A stretch of DNA of 64,000 nt from Acidimicrobiales bacterium (lineage in GTDB: Bacteria; Actinomycetota; Acidimicrobiia; Acidimicrobiales; Salinilacustritrichaceae). Both the position numbers and the translations under genes were made by a program. Under the pieces are notes generated by a model. It was not told the DNA's origin. It did no database searches and worked only from the letters and a program-made list of their open reading frames with translations. Location: the NCBI GenBank assembly GCA_041984725.1, contig JBHIXO010000002.1, forward strand, positions 4,880 to 68,879. Direction: 5' to 3'. Position 1 is the first letter of the stretch; every line of letters starts with the position of its first letter. Below, piece after piece: positions 29,212-37,994 of the stretch.

Positions 29212-29924
29212 TCGTCGTCGACGGAGTGTCCGTGGAGTATGGCCCGGTGCGTGCGGTCCGCGACCTCTCGCTCGAGATCAAGGAAGGCGAGGTTCTCGCC
29301 ATCCTCGGCCGCAACGGGGCGGGCAAGACGACCACGATGAAGGCCCTCGCCGGAGTCCTTCCCGTCGCCGATGGCCGGCTCTTCGACCGGGATACCGACA
29401 TCACCGGGCTCGATGCCGATGGTCGCGTCCGCCGAGGTCTGGTCCTCGTGCCCGAAGGTCGCGGCATGTTCGCCGATCTCTCGGTCCGCGAGAACCTGCT
29501 GATGGGGGCGTACGCACGTCGGAAGACGTCGCGCGCCCTCCGGGAAGATCTCGACCGGGTCACCGAACCTTTCCCTCGACTGCGGGAGCGGATGGGACAG
29601 CGCTCCGGGTCGCTGTCCGGTGGCGAACAACAGATGCTCGCGGTCGCGCGCGGCCTGATGGCCGACCCTCGGGTGCTGATGATCGACGAGCCATCGCTCG
29701 GACTGGCACCGGTGATCGTGGACCAGCTCTACCAGTTCCTCGGATCGATCCGCGACGAGGGCATCACCCTGGTCATCGTCGAGCAGTACGTCGGAGTGGC
29801 GCTCGGGATCGCCGACCGGGCTTATGTCCTGGACAAGGGCGAGATCGCCCTCTCGGGTGATGCCGAGACGCTGAGGAGCTCTCCCGAACTGATCGACACC
29901 TATCTCGCCAACGACGCGGCCTGA
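29208..29924 (+). CDS. ABC ATPase, LivF-like
   Basis: GRNGAGKT, LSGGEQQML, DEPSLGLAP. Confidence 0.92.
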   Translation: MIVVDGVSVEYGPVRAVRDLSLEIKEGEVLAILGRNGAGKTTTMKALAGVLPVADGRLFDRDTDITGLDADGRVRRGLVLVPEGRGMFADLSVRENLLMGAYARRKTSRALREDLDRVTEPFPRLRERMGQRSGSLSGGEQQMLAVARGLMADPRVLMIDEPSLGLAPVIVDQLYQFLGSIRDEGITLVIVEQYVGVALGIADRAYVLDKGEIALSGDAETLRSSPELIDTYLANDAA

Positions 29925-29946
29925 CGCGGCCGCAGCAGGAGGACGA

Positions 29947-31503
29947 ATGTTCCGTCACCGACCCACCCGAGCCATCGTCATCGGCGTGCTCTGCGCACTC
30001 GTCATCGCAGCGTGTGGCACACGGGTCACCGACCAGGCGGTCTCCTCGGGCCAGAACGTTGCGCCTGGTGGTTTCTCGGCGCCGGGGGTTGACGACGGCG
30101 GTGCAACGACCGGCGACGGCGTCGGATCCGGGGGGGTCGGGCCGATACCGGGGGAGGGGGCCGCCGACGGGAGCGCGGCCGCGGAGGGAATTGGATCCGG
30201 GGTGCCATCCGACGGGGGCGGTGCTGGCGCAGCCGAGGGTGGCGAGTCCGCGACCGGGGCCGGCGGCCCGGCCGCCCCGGCAGGCGCGGCCGCCCCGGCC
30301 GGCCCGTTGTCCCAGGGCGTGACCGACGACGAGATCCTCATCGGCGGGACTGGGCCACTCTCAGGCGTCACCGGGTTCCTCGGCGAAGAGGTGTTCGGCG
30401 CGATCGACTCGTACTTTCAGCTCATCAACTCGCGTGGAGGCGTCAACGGCCGCAAGCTCCGGCTCATCAGCTACGACGATCGGTTCGACCCGTCACAGAC
30501 CCTCGCCAACGTGCGTCGACTGTGGGAGCAGGACAAGGTCGCCGCCGTGTTCCTCGCGTTCGGTGATCCGATCGCGGACTATGCCACGCGCAACCGGATC
30601 CCGACGATCGTGTTCGGCGTCACGCCGAAGTCCTTCTCGTCGAAGTACCCGACCATCTACCCGATCGTCGGGAATGCTCTGATCTGGACCCAGGAGGTCA
30701 TCCGGGGGCTGAAGGACCAGGGGGTGTTCGAGCAGGGGATGAGAGTCGGCATGATGTACGACACGCAGATCCTGGACGTGAGTCCCTATGTGCCCTTCCT
30801 CACGGCCGCATGGGAGGACGCGGGTGCCGAGGTCGTGTCGACCGATCCCTTCAACCTCACCGATGGCGACTGCACCAACCTGGTCCTGAAGATGAAGGAC
30901 CTCGAGATCGACTACTGGGACTTCCAGGGTCTTGGCTGGATCCTCTGTGCCTCGGCGGCCCAGAGACAGCAGTACCGGCCGCCCGTGGGCTGGGGCAACT
31001 GGCCGACGAGCGTCGGCGGTCTGGCGAATCAGGTCGGCCCGTGGGTCGAGGGCATCTGGGGCGGTGCCCAGGGAGACCAGCCCGACGGAGCACCGCGCGA
31101 GAAGACCGCCGCTCACGACGAGTACGTCAACGCCATCCAGCGCTACCACCCAGAGATCGCATCGCTCACGCACTACGAGTCGCCGGCCACGATCGGCTAC
31201 TGGTCCGGAGCCAAGCTCCTGGTGGCCGCGCTCGAAGCCCAGGGTGACAACATCACGAAGGAAGGCGTGCTCGACTGGATTGCAAACGTCGAGAACTTCG
31301 AAACCGGCATCACGCCCCCGATCATCTCGATGGCTCCGAACTGCAAGACCGGCTCCGAAGTCGTGTGGATCGCCCAGTGGCAGTGGGACGCCGACAAGAA
31401 GGTGGCGTTCCGTACCCCGGCAACTGGCTATTTCACGAGCGACCAAAAGGACAAGTACGGCGGCAAGTGCTTCCTCACCAAGATCTCGGATCAACTCGAA
31501 TGA
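29947..31503 (+). CDS. ABC substrate-binding lipoprotein (LIV/type 1 PBP fold)
   Basis: Lipobox IAAC, Gly-rich linker, GVTDDEI, INSRGGVNGRKL. Confidence 0.88.
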   Translation: MFRHRPTRAIVIGVLCALVIAACGTRVTDQAVSSGQNVAPGGFSAPGVDDGGATTGDGVGSGGVGPIPGEGAADGSAAAEGIGSGVPSDGGGAGAAEGGESATGAGGPAAPAGAAAPAGPLSQGVTDDEILIGGTGPLSGVTGFLGEEVFGAIDSYFQLINSRGGVNGRKLRLISYDDRFDPSQTLANVRRLWEQDKVAAVFLAFGDPIADYATRNRIPTIVFGVTPKSFSSKYPTIYPIVGNALIWTQEVIRGLKDQGVFEQGMRVGMMYDTQILDVSPYVPFLTAAWEDAGAEVVSTDPFNLTDGDCTNLVLKMKDLEIDYWDFQGLGWILCASAAQRQQYRPPVGWGNWPTSVGGLANQVGPWVEGIWGGAQGDQPDGAPREKTAAHDEYVNAIQRYHPEIASLTHYESPATIGYWSGAKLLVAALEAQGDNITKEGVLDWIANVENFETGITPPIISMAPNCKTGSEVVWIAQWQWDADKKVAFRTPATGYFTSDQKDKYGGKCFLTKISDQLE

Positions 31504-31506
31504 CCC

Positions 31507-31542
31507 TTGCCTGACGCAACACAAGTGACGTACTATGTCTCA
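31507..31542 (+). promoter_or_regulatory. Leaderless promoter with N14 operator site 6
   Basis: TTGCCT-18-TACTAT, ATG 7 nt downstream; CAACAC-N14-GTCTCA at 31517-31542. Confidence 0.6.
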
Positions 31543-31543
31543 C

Positions 31544-31816
31544 ATGGGGAGATCGTTCAATCGGCGGGCCGGTGCGCCGTACGTCATCATCGATGGCTGC
31601 ATCGAGTGCGGGATCTGCGAACGCGTCTGCCCGTACGACGCCATTTTCATGAGCGACGACTTCGAGTTCGTCGTCGAAGGGGAGAAATGCCCGGGCTGCC
31701 ATCGATGCTTCGATCCGTGTCCCGTGGACACCATCGTCCCCATGGACCATCCCGCGGCTGGCGCTGTTCGGGAGTCGAACAAGCCGTTCGTGTTCGATGC
31801 ATGGACGTCACCGTGA
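31544..31816 (+). CDS. 2x[4Fe-4S] ferredoxin
   Basis: CIECGICERVCP and CPGCHRCFDPCP. Confidence 0.9.
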   Translation: MGRSFNRRAGAPYVIIDGCIECGICERVCPYDAIFMSDDFEFVVEGEKCPGCHRCFDPCPVDTIVPMDHPAAGAVRESNKPFVFDAWTSP

Positions 31817-31835
31817 CCACAGGAGGAGACCAGCC

Positions 31836-32705
31836 GTGAAGAAGTTCATGAAGCCCGACGAGCTCGAGCGAGACACTCGGTTCACCCGGACCCCGGTCCC
31901 GCTGGATTTCCTGATGGCCGAGGAGGTGACGGTGGAGCAGGTCGAGGAGACCATGAAGAACCTCATGGCCAACGACGAGATGCGTGAGGCGATGGAGTCC
32001 GGCGATGGCGGTGCACCGCAGTTCTTCAAGCGGGTCCGACCGACCGATGACGATGCCCCGATGTTCATCAAATCCCAGATGCATGGCATCTTCATGGGAG
32101 AGATGCAGGCGCTCGAGGCGGCCGGTCGGTCGGCGTGGGACTTCTGCGATGACGACGAGCTGCCCTGGAAGTTCCAGCTGGACATGGCACGCCAATGCTG
32201 GGACGAGACGCGTCACGTGGAGACGTACTCCGCTCTGCTCGAACACGTCGATTGTGAGATCGGGGAGTTCCCGGAGAACCTCTTCCTCTTCGAGTTCGGG
32301 TGTTCTGACGACCCAGCCGAACGTGTCGTCGGTGTCAACCGGTGCCTCGAGGGCCTTGCCCTCGACGTGTTCGACGACACCATCCGATTCGGGAAACAGG
32401 CCGAGGACGAAGTCATCTGGCGAAGCGTCGACTATGTCGCAGCCGACGAAGTCACCCATGTCCGGTTCGGCCAGGTCTGGTCGAAGGCGCTCACCGAGGA
32501 CGACCCCGAGCGCCGCACGAAGGTGGTCTCGTTCCAACGCAAGGTGGACCGCGCATTCAGTCTTGGAGGACTCCGCGGTTCGTACGACGGCGCCAATCAG
32601 GCGGCGTTCCTCCCGATTGCCAGCGAGCTGCGAAAGCTCGCCGGCTTCTCCGACACCGACATCGCCGAAGTTGCCGGAGCCGGGCCGAAGGTTACGGGCC
32701 GATGA
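31836..32705 (+). CDS. Ferritin-like diiron protein (DUF455-like)
   Basis: Diiron ligand set E(MQA)..DETRH..LEG..DEVTH; AGGAGG RBS. Confidence 0.8.
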   Translation: MKKFMKPDELERDTRFTRTPVPLDFLMAEEVTVEQVEETMKNLMANDEMREAMESGDGGAPQFFKRVRPTDDDAPMFIKSQMHGIFMGEMQALEAAGRSAWDFCDDDELPWKFQLDMARQCWDETRHVETYSALLEHVDCEIGEFPENLFLFEFGCSDDPAERVVGVNRCLEGLALDVFDDTIRFGKQAEDEVIWRSVDYVAADEVTHVRFGQVWSKALTEDDPERRTKVVSFQRKVDRAFSLGGLRGSYDGANQAAFLPIASELRKLAGFSDTDIAEVAGAGPKVTGR

Positions 32706-33475
32706 GGTCGAACGGTGACGCACGCGTCTCGTCCGATGCAGTCGCCGGCTACGGCCCCGACCGACATGCTCGTCCCTTCCCGTACTGGGATCGCCGGCGT
32801 TTGGTCGGGGAATGGACCGTCGAGGAGTCGGTCGAACGCATCGTCGGGTATCGGTGGGCACAGCAGCAGGTGTCCGCCGCACTCGGCGGTTGGGTTGCGA
32901 CGATTCCCGAACTCGACGTCAAGGCCATGCTCGGACCACACTGCTACCAGCACGCCTGGCACGCCGACCTCTGGCGTCAACGCCTGCCAGAGCTGAAGGA
33001 ACCCAACGAGCACCGAGCCGAACCGGCCAGCGACGGCTTCGCTGCGTTCATGTCGCGCCTCACAACGCCCGACGGAGGTGATCAGACGGTCGAGAAGCTC
33101 GTCGGCGTGTACCGCGTGTTGGTGCCGCATCTGCTCGCTACCTACACCTTTCACCGTCACGTCACCTCCGACATCGTCGACGCGCCGACGGTCCGCATCC
33201 TGGGTTTCATGCTCGGCGACCTGCACCAGCAATTGGCAGAGGGAGAGATGATGATCCAGGACCTCGCTCGGTCGCCCGAACTTCGTCGGCGCGCCGGCGA
33301 CTGGCAGACGGAACTCGACGTGCTCCTCGCGGAGTCGGGTGGTGTCGCTGGCGCGGCGACGCTGGGTGGATCACCGAGGATCCAAGCGCCGCCGAAGGCG
33401 CTGCTCGGCGCGGCACTTCGCGAGAAGTGGGAAGCGGACGGCCGCGATCCGTCGGCGCGACTCGTGGGCTCGTGA
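32702..33475 (+). CDS. Ferritin-like protein with degenerate metal ligands (putative beta subunit)
   Basis: Helical pattern with QHAWH in place of DExxH; ATGA-coupled to the diiron gene. Confidence 0.6.
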   Translation: MRSNGDARVSSDAVAGYGPDRHARPFPYWDRRRLVGEWTVEESVERIVGYRWAQQQVSAALGGWVATIPELDVKAMLGPHCYQHAWHADLWRQRLPELKEPNEHRAEPASDGFAAFMSRLTTPDGGDQTVEKLVGVYRVLVPHLLATYTFHRHVTSDIVDAPTVRILGFMLGDLHQQLAEGEMMIQDLARSPELRRRAGDWQTELDVLLAESGGVAGAATLGGSPRIQAPPKALLGAALREKWEADGRDPSARLVGS

Positions 33476-33786
33476 GCAGTTCCGACCGGTCTGAGCCGAC
33501 CGATGTCTTCGTCGATGACCCGGTGGTCCGGGAAACGATGGAGATCGAGCACCGCCTGCGTGACGCCGGGTACTGGAATCTGCCTGATGTCCTCGACTTG
33601 GCCGGTGACTTCGTGTTCGAGGGGTCAACTGTCGAGGAGATCGTGGACGAGGCCCGCAGGCTCCTGATCCATCAGCATTCCGTCGAACTGTCGGGTGCGC
33701 GGATCCTCGCGAGCATTGGTGAGACCGCTGTCAAGGCGGCCGCGTTCGATGCCGTTCTGACGCTGCTGGGTTCGCAACGGGACTGA
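33472..33786 (+). CDS. Small acidic hypothetical protein
   Basis: GTGA overlap with the upstream gene; 104 aa. Confidence 0.55.
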   Translation: MSSSDRSEPTDVFVDDPVVRETMEIEHRLRDAGYWNLPDVLDLAGDFVFEGSTVEEIVDEARRLLIHQHSVELSGARILASIGETAVKAAAFDAVLTLLGSQRD

Positions 33787-33898
33787 CATCGCTGCAGCAA
33801 ATCGAAGATCTCGGCCGAGGGCCTCGCCCCGGACCGATCGGCTCGGTGGCCGGTGCCACGACCCCCAAGTGCGCCGGCCACCCAGCCCACACGCATCT

Positions 33899-34345
33899 TC
33901 ACCGAGGATCGACGATCGTGAGGGTGGCTTGTGCCGCTGCGAGAACTCGCCGATCTTGCTGGCGATACAGCTCACAGCGCACGACAGCCGACCGCTTGGT
34001 CATCGCGACGACCGATGCCTCGGCGTCGATCGTTTCCGCCTTGATCGGGGCGAGATAGTTCACCTTGACCTCCGTCGTTGCCGCCCACTGCCCGCGTTCC
34101 ATCAGTGGATAGACCACGACCCCGGTGACGTGATCGGCGATCGCGGCTGTAACTCCCCCGTGCGCGTTCCCAAAGGGAGTGAGGAGCGACTCGTCGATCG
34201 TCGCCCTGCAGAAGAACCTCCCTGGCTCGAAGCGAACGTGTTCGATCCCGAGATGTCCTGGTAGTCCACCTGCGGCGCTTGATGAATCGAGCATTGCTTC
34301 TGCGATCTCGGCGTCGAACCTGGCTGCGAACTCGTCTGGCAACAT
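33899..34345 (-). CDS. PaaI family thioesterase
   Basis: TPFGNAHGGV..IAD, TTEVKVNYLAP. Confidence 0.88.
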   Translation of the reverse strand: MLPDEFAARFDAEIAEAMLDSSSAAGGLPGHLGIEHVRFEPGRFFCRATIDESLLTPFGNAHGGVTAAIADHVTGVVVYPLMERGQWAATTEVKVNYLAPIKAETIDAEASVVAMTKRSAVVRCELYRQQDRRVLAAAQATLTIVDPR

Positions 34346-34370
34346 GAGGCGAATCGTATCTCATGTCCTA
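34345..34370. promoter_or_regulatory. N14 operator site 7 (between PaaI and TetR)
   Basis: TGAGGC-N14-GTCCTA covering the minus-strand TACGAT -10. Confidence 0.55.
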
Positions 34371-34404
34371 TCGCGAGTGGGCCTCGATGCTCTAGTCTGC
34401 GACC

Positions 34405-35028
34405 ATGGCACGAAACGGAGGCGCATCGTGGGGGAGCAACGCGCCAACTACGATTGATGACGCCCGCGATCGGTTGATCGACGCGGCCGAAGCCTGCTTC
34501 ACGAAGTTCGGAGCGGCCAAGACGACGCTCGAGGACATCGCCTCACATGCTGGGGTCTCGCGCGCAACTGTCTACCGGTACTTCGAGGGTGGCCGCGACG
34601 AGATTATCCTCGCTGTCGTCCTGCGAGAGGCGAGGGACTTCCTCGACGCACTGGCGAGAAGGGTCCAGCGCGAGGCGACGCTCGAGGACGCGGTGGTGGA
34701 AGGTGTGTTGCACACCGTGTCGACGGTGCGGAAGAACGAACACCTCGGACTGCTGTTCGCTCCGGAGGTCGCTGGACAGACATCGGCCATCGCTGGTGCT
34801 TCGACAGCGCTGTTCGAGATCACGACTGATTTTCTCCGACCGATCTTCGAGCAGGCCCGTGCGGAGGACTTGGTCCGCCCCGGCGTCGAGGCCGAGGACG
34901 CGGCTGAGTTCGTCCTGCGGATGATCCTTTCGCTCCTCTCGGTGACCGGCCCCAGGCAGCGGACTGCAGCGAAGCAGCGTGAGTTCGTCAGGATCTACTG
35001 TGCTGGTGCAGTACTCAAGTTGCCCTGA
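34405..35028 (+). CDS. TetR/AcrR family regulator, candidate island regulator
   Basis: ARDRLIDAA..TTLEDIASHAGVSRATVYRYF. Confidence 0.92.
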   Translation: MARNGGASWGSNAPTTIDDARDRLIDAAEACFTKFGAAKTTLEDIASHAGVSRATVYRYFEGGRDEIILAVVLREARDFLDALARRVQREATLEDAVVEGVLHTVSTVRKNEHLGLLFAPEVAGQTSAIAGASTALFEITTDFLRPIFEQARAEDLVRPGVEAEDAAEFVLRMILSLLSVTGPRQRTAAKQREFVRIYCAGAVLKLP

Positions 35029-35099
35029 GGATCGACCGCGCCGCGGCTTGCCGGGAACTGTCGATGCGCCACATCGCGCTTTCGTACGCTCGACACGGA

Positions 35100-36356
35100 T
35101 CAGGGTGTCGTGTTCTGTGGCAGCTCTCGGAACGGCGTCTCCTTGCCGGGTCCCGGTTCCTTGGGCAGTCCGAGTACCCGCTCGCCGATGATGTTCCGCT
35201 GCACCTGGTCGCTACCGCCATAGATGGACGGCGCTGGCGAGAAGAGGGTCAGACCCTGAATGCTCCCGGCGCTCATCGAGGCCGGGCCGTCCACCAACGC
35301 GTGAGGTCCCAGGATTCGGCAGCCGAGATCACGTGCCAGCCGGGTAATGTCGCTGTGGCGCAACTTGGCGAGGTTGCCTTCACCGCCCGTCGCGGCGTTG
35401 CCGGACTTCATGCGGCCGAGATGCCATCCGGTGACCTCGATCATCGAGTGGAGTCGCATCAGGTCCTGGCGGATGGTCGGGTCCTCGATCGTGCCGTTGG
35501 CCTCGGCGAGACGTTGGAGTTCGCGGACGCGCCCCGATCCCACGGCACCCTCGCCGAGCGCGGGAGCCTCGTCGCCGAACGATCCTGCCGGCCGATCGAG
35601 GTGGCCGGCGATCGTTCCGGGAATCGCGGCGCTCGGGGCGGCGACGTTGTTCCCGCCGATCCCCGACCGTTCGACCATGAGGGTGGTGTTGGCGACGCGC
35701 CAGCCGTCGTTGATGTCGCCGATGATGTTCTCGTGGGGGACTCGAGCTTCGTCGATGAACACCTCGTTGAAGAGCGCCCGGCCCGTCATCTCGCGAAGTG
35801 GCCGGACCTCGACCCCGTCCTGCAACATGGGAAATGCGAAGTACGTGATGCCGCGATGCTTCGGAGCATCGGGATCGGTCCGAGCGATGAGGATGCCGTA
35901 GTCGGCCCACTGGCCGAGCGAGGTCCAGACCTTCTGGCCAGTGATGACCCACTCGTCGCCGTCTCGCTCGGCGCGACACTGCAGTCCGGCGAGGTCGGAG
36001 CCCGCACCGGGCTCGGAGAACAGCTGACACCAACCGTGCTGGCCGTCGAGGATGCTGGGCAGGAGACGCGCGTTCAGATCGTCGGACGCATGGGCGATCA
36101 TCGTCGGCGCGGCCAGCATCATCCCGAGTCCGGATGGCGGGCCGAGCGCCTCGCGTTCGAGCATGGCACGCACGAGCACGGCCGTCTCGGTGCGAGACCA
36201 GTTGCGACCCCAGGGCTCGGGCAGCATCGGGTGGGCGAGCCGGGCATCGGCCAGGGCGCGCCACCAGTCGCCGACCGAGCGATCCGGCGACCAGTGCTCG
36301 TCGAGCCAGGCGCTGACGTCGAGGTCGGTCTCTGGCGAAGCATCTGCGATGGCCAT
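35100..36356 (-). CDS. Acyl-CoA dehydrogenase
   Basis: WCQLFSEPGAGSDLA, IYGGSDQVQRNIIGE; paralog of 18945-20204. Confidence 0.93.
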   Translation of the reverse strand: MAIADASPETDLDVSAWLDEHWSPDRSVGDWWRALADARLAHPMLPEPWGRNWSRTETAVLVRAMLEREALGPPSGLGMMLAAPTMIAHASDDLNARLLPSILDGQHGWCQLFSEPGAGSDLAGLQCRAERDGDEWVITGQKVWTSLGQWADYGILIARTDPDAPKHRGITYFAFPMLQDGVEVRPLREMTGRALFNEVFIDEARVPHENIIGDINDGWRVANTTLMVERSGIGGNNVAAPSAAIPGTIAGHLDRPAGSFGDEAPALGEGAVGSGRVRELQRLAEANGTIEDPTIRQDLMRLHSMIEVTGWHLGRMKSGNAATGGEGNLAKLRHSDITRLARDLGCRILGPHALVDGPASMSAGSIQGLTLFSPAPSIYGGSDQVQRNIIGERVLGLPKEPGPGKETPFRELPQNTTP

Positions 36357-36379
36357 GATGGGTCTCCTTCAGTGGTTCT

Positions 36380-37981
36380 TCACGGGTTCAACTGCTCCGA
36401 GGCGAGCTCACGGAGGCGCTTGTAGTCGACCTTCCCGTTCGGGGCGCGACCGATGTCGTCGACTCGGACGACTTCGCGCGGCACCTTGTATGCGGCCAAT
36501 GAGCGACGGACGTGGGCAACGAGCTCCTGGGAGTCGAGGTCAGCGGTCCCTGATTGCACGACGGCCACGACCATTTCCCCGAATCGCTCGTGGGGGAGTC
36601 CGACGACGACAGCGTCGACGACTCCGTCGAAGGTCTTCACAGCCTCCTCGACCTCCTCGGGGTACACCTTCTCACCGCCGGTGTTGATGCAGACCGATCC
36701 TCGGCCGAGGACCTTGATGGACCCGTCCTCGTCGATCGTGGCGTAGTCGCCCGGGCACGAGTAGCGCTTGCCGTCGACGACGATGAAGGTCTTGGCCGAC
36801 TTCTCCTCGTCCTTGTAGTACCCGAGTGGTTGACGCCCACCGACGGCGAGCCGTCCGATCTCGCCGGGAGTACCGACGCGATTGCCGTCGTCGCCGACGA
36901 CGATCGTGTTCAATCCCGGCTCGAAGCGTGCCGTCTTCGCGGCCGCGCCTCCGCCCGAGATCGACTGGCCCATGCCGAGCGCCTCGGATGACGAGAAGGC
37001 GTCCATCAAGAGCATCTCGGGGCGGTGCGCCAGCATTCCTTGCTTGGTCTCCTCGCTCCACATGACACCGGACGACACAAAGGCCAGCACAGACGAGAGG
37101 TCCCACCGTCCGGGGTTCGCATCGAGGGCGGCGAGGATCGGTTTGGCGAAGGCATCGCCGACGATGGCGATGGCGTTGACTCCCTTGGCATCGATCTCGT
37201 CGAGCATCTCTTCCGCGTCGAACTGTCGGCTGGGGAGCAGGACGACACACCCGGCCGAGGACAAGGTGCCGAAGCTGGTGAACGCGCCGGTGCCGTGCAT
37301 GAGGGGGCATGCCGGCATCCCCACCGGCCCGGGCTCGGCGAAGGCCGTGTCGAGGAACTCCGGATCGTGCTCCTCGGGTACGGCGAGACCCAGACCGGCG
37401 CCGAGGACGACCGCGAGATCGTCCTGTCGCCACATGACTCCCTTGGGCATCCCGGTCGTGCCGCCGGTGTAGAGCATGTAGAGATCGTCGCCGTCGCGTC
37501 CTCCGAACGACCGCACGCGGTCAGTGGCCGTGGACGCAGCGTCTTCGTACGGGATCGCCCACGGCGGGCATGGCCAAGAATCGTCGTCGACCCACAGCCA
37601 GGTTTGCACGGTGGGTACGCGATCTCGGATCGATTCGATGGTCGGCGCGAAGGTGCCGTGGAAGACGACGGCGACTGCGTCGGCGTTGTTCCACAGGTAG
37701 ACGAGTTCGTCCTCGGTGTAGCGGTAGTTGGTGTTCACGGGCACGAGCGACGCCTTGAAACAGGCGAACACGGACTCGAGGTACTCGGGCGAGTTGTAGA
37801 GGTACTGCGCAACCTTGTCCTGGCGGCCTGCGCCGGCGTCGAGCAGCGTTCGAGCGATACCGTCGGCGCGCCGGTCGGCCTCGCTCCAGTACACGGTCCG
37901 GTTGCCTTGGCGGGCGAACGGGGCATCCGGCTGCTGATCGGCAGCCGCTTCCCACATGTCTGCGAAGTTCCAACCAGTCAT
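36380..37981 (-). CDS. Acyl-CoA synthetase (FadD19-like)
   Basis: YTGGTTGMPKGVMW, GRGSVCINTGGEKVYPEEVE. Confidence 0.92.
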   Translation of the reverse strand: MTGWNFADMWEAAADQQPDAPFARQGNRTVYWSEADRRADGIARTLLDAGAGRQDKVAQYLYNSPEYLESVFACFKASLVPVNTNYRYTEDELVYLWNNADAVAVVFHGTFAPTIESIRDRVPTVQTWLWVDDDSWPCPPWAIPYEDAASTATDRVRSFGGRDGDDLYMLYTGGTTGMPKGVMWRQDDLAVVLGAGLGLAVPEEHDPEFLDTAFAEPGPVGMPACPLMHGTGAFTSFGTLSSAGCVVLLPSRQFDAEEMLDEIDAKGVNAIAIVGDAFAKPILAALDANPGRWDLSSVLAFVSSGVMWSEETKQGMLAHRPEMLLMDAFSSSEALGMGQSISGGGAAAKTARFEPGLNTIVVGDDGNRVGTPGEIGRLAVGGRQPLGYYKDEEKSAKTFIVVDGKRYSCPGDYATIDEDGSIKVLGRGSVCINTGGEKVYPEEVEEAVKTFDGVVDAVVVGLPHERFGEMVVAVVQSGTADLDSQELVAHVRRSLAAYKVPREVVRVDDIGRAPNGKVDYKRLRELASEQLNP

Positions 37982-37994
37982 GTCGGTCTCCGTC

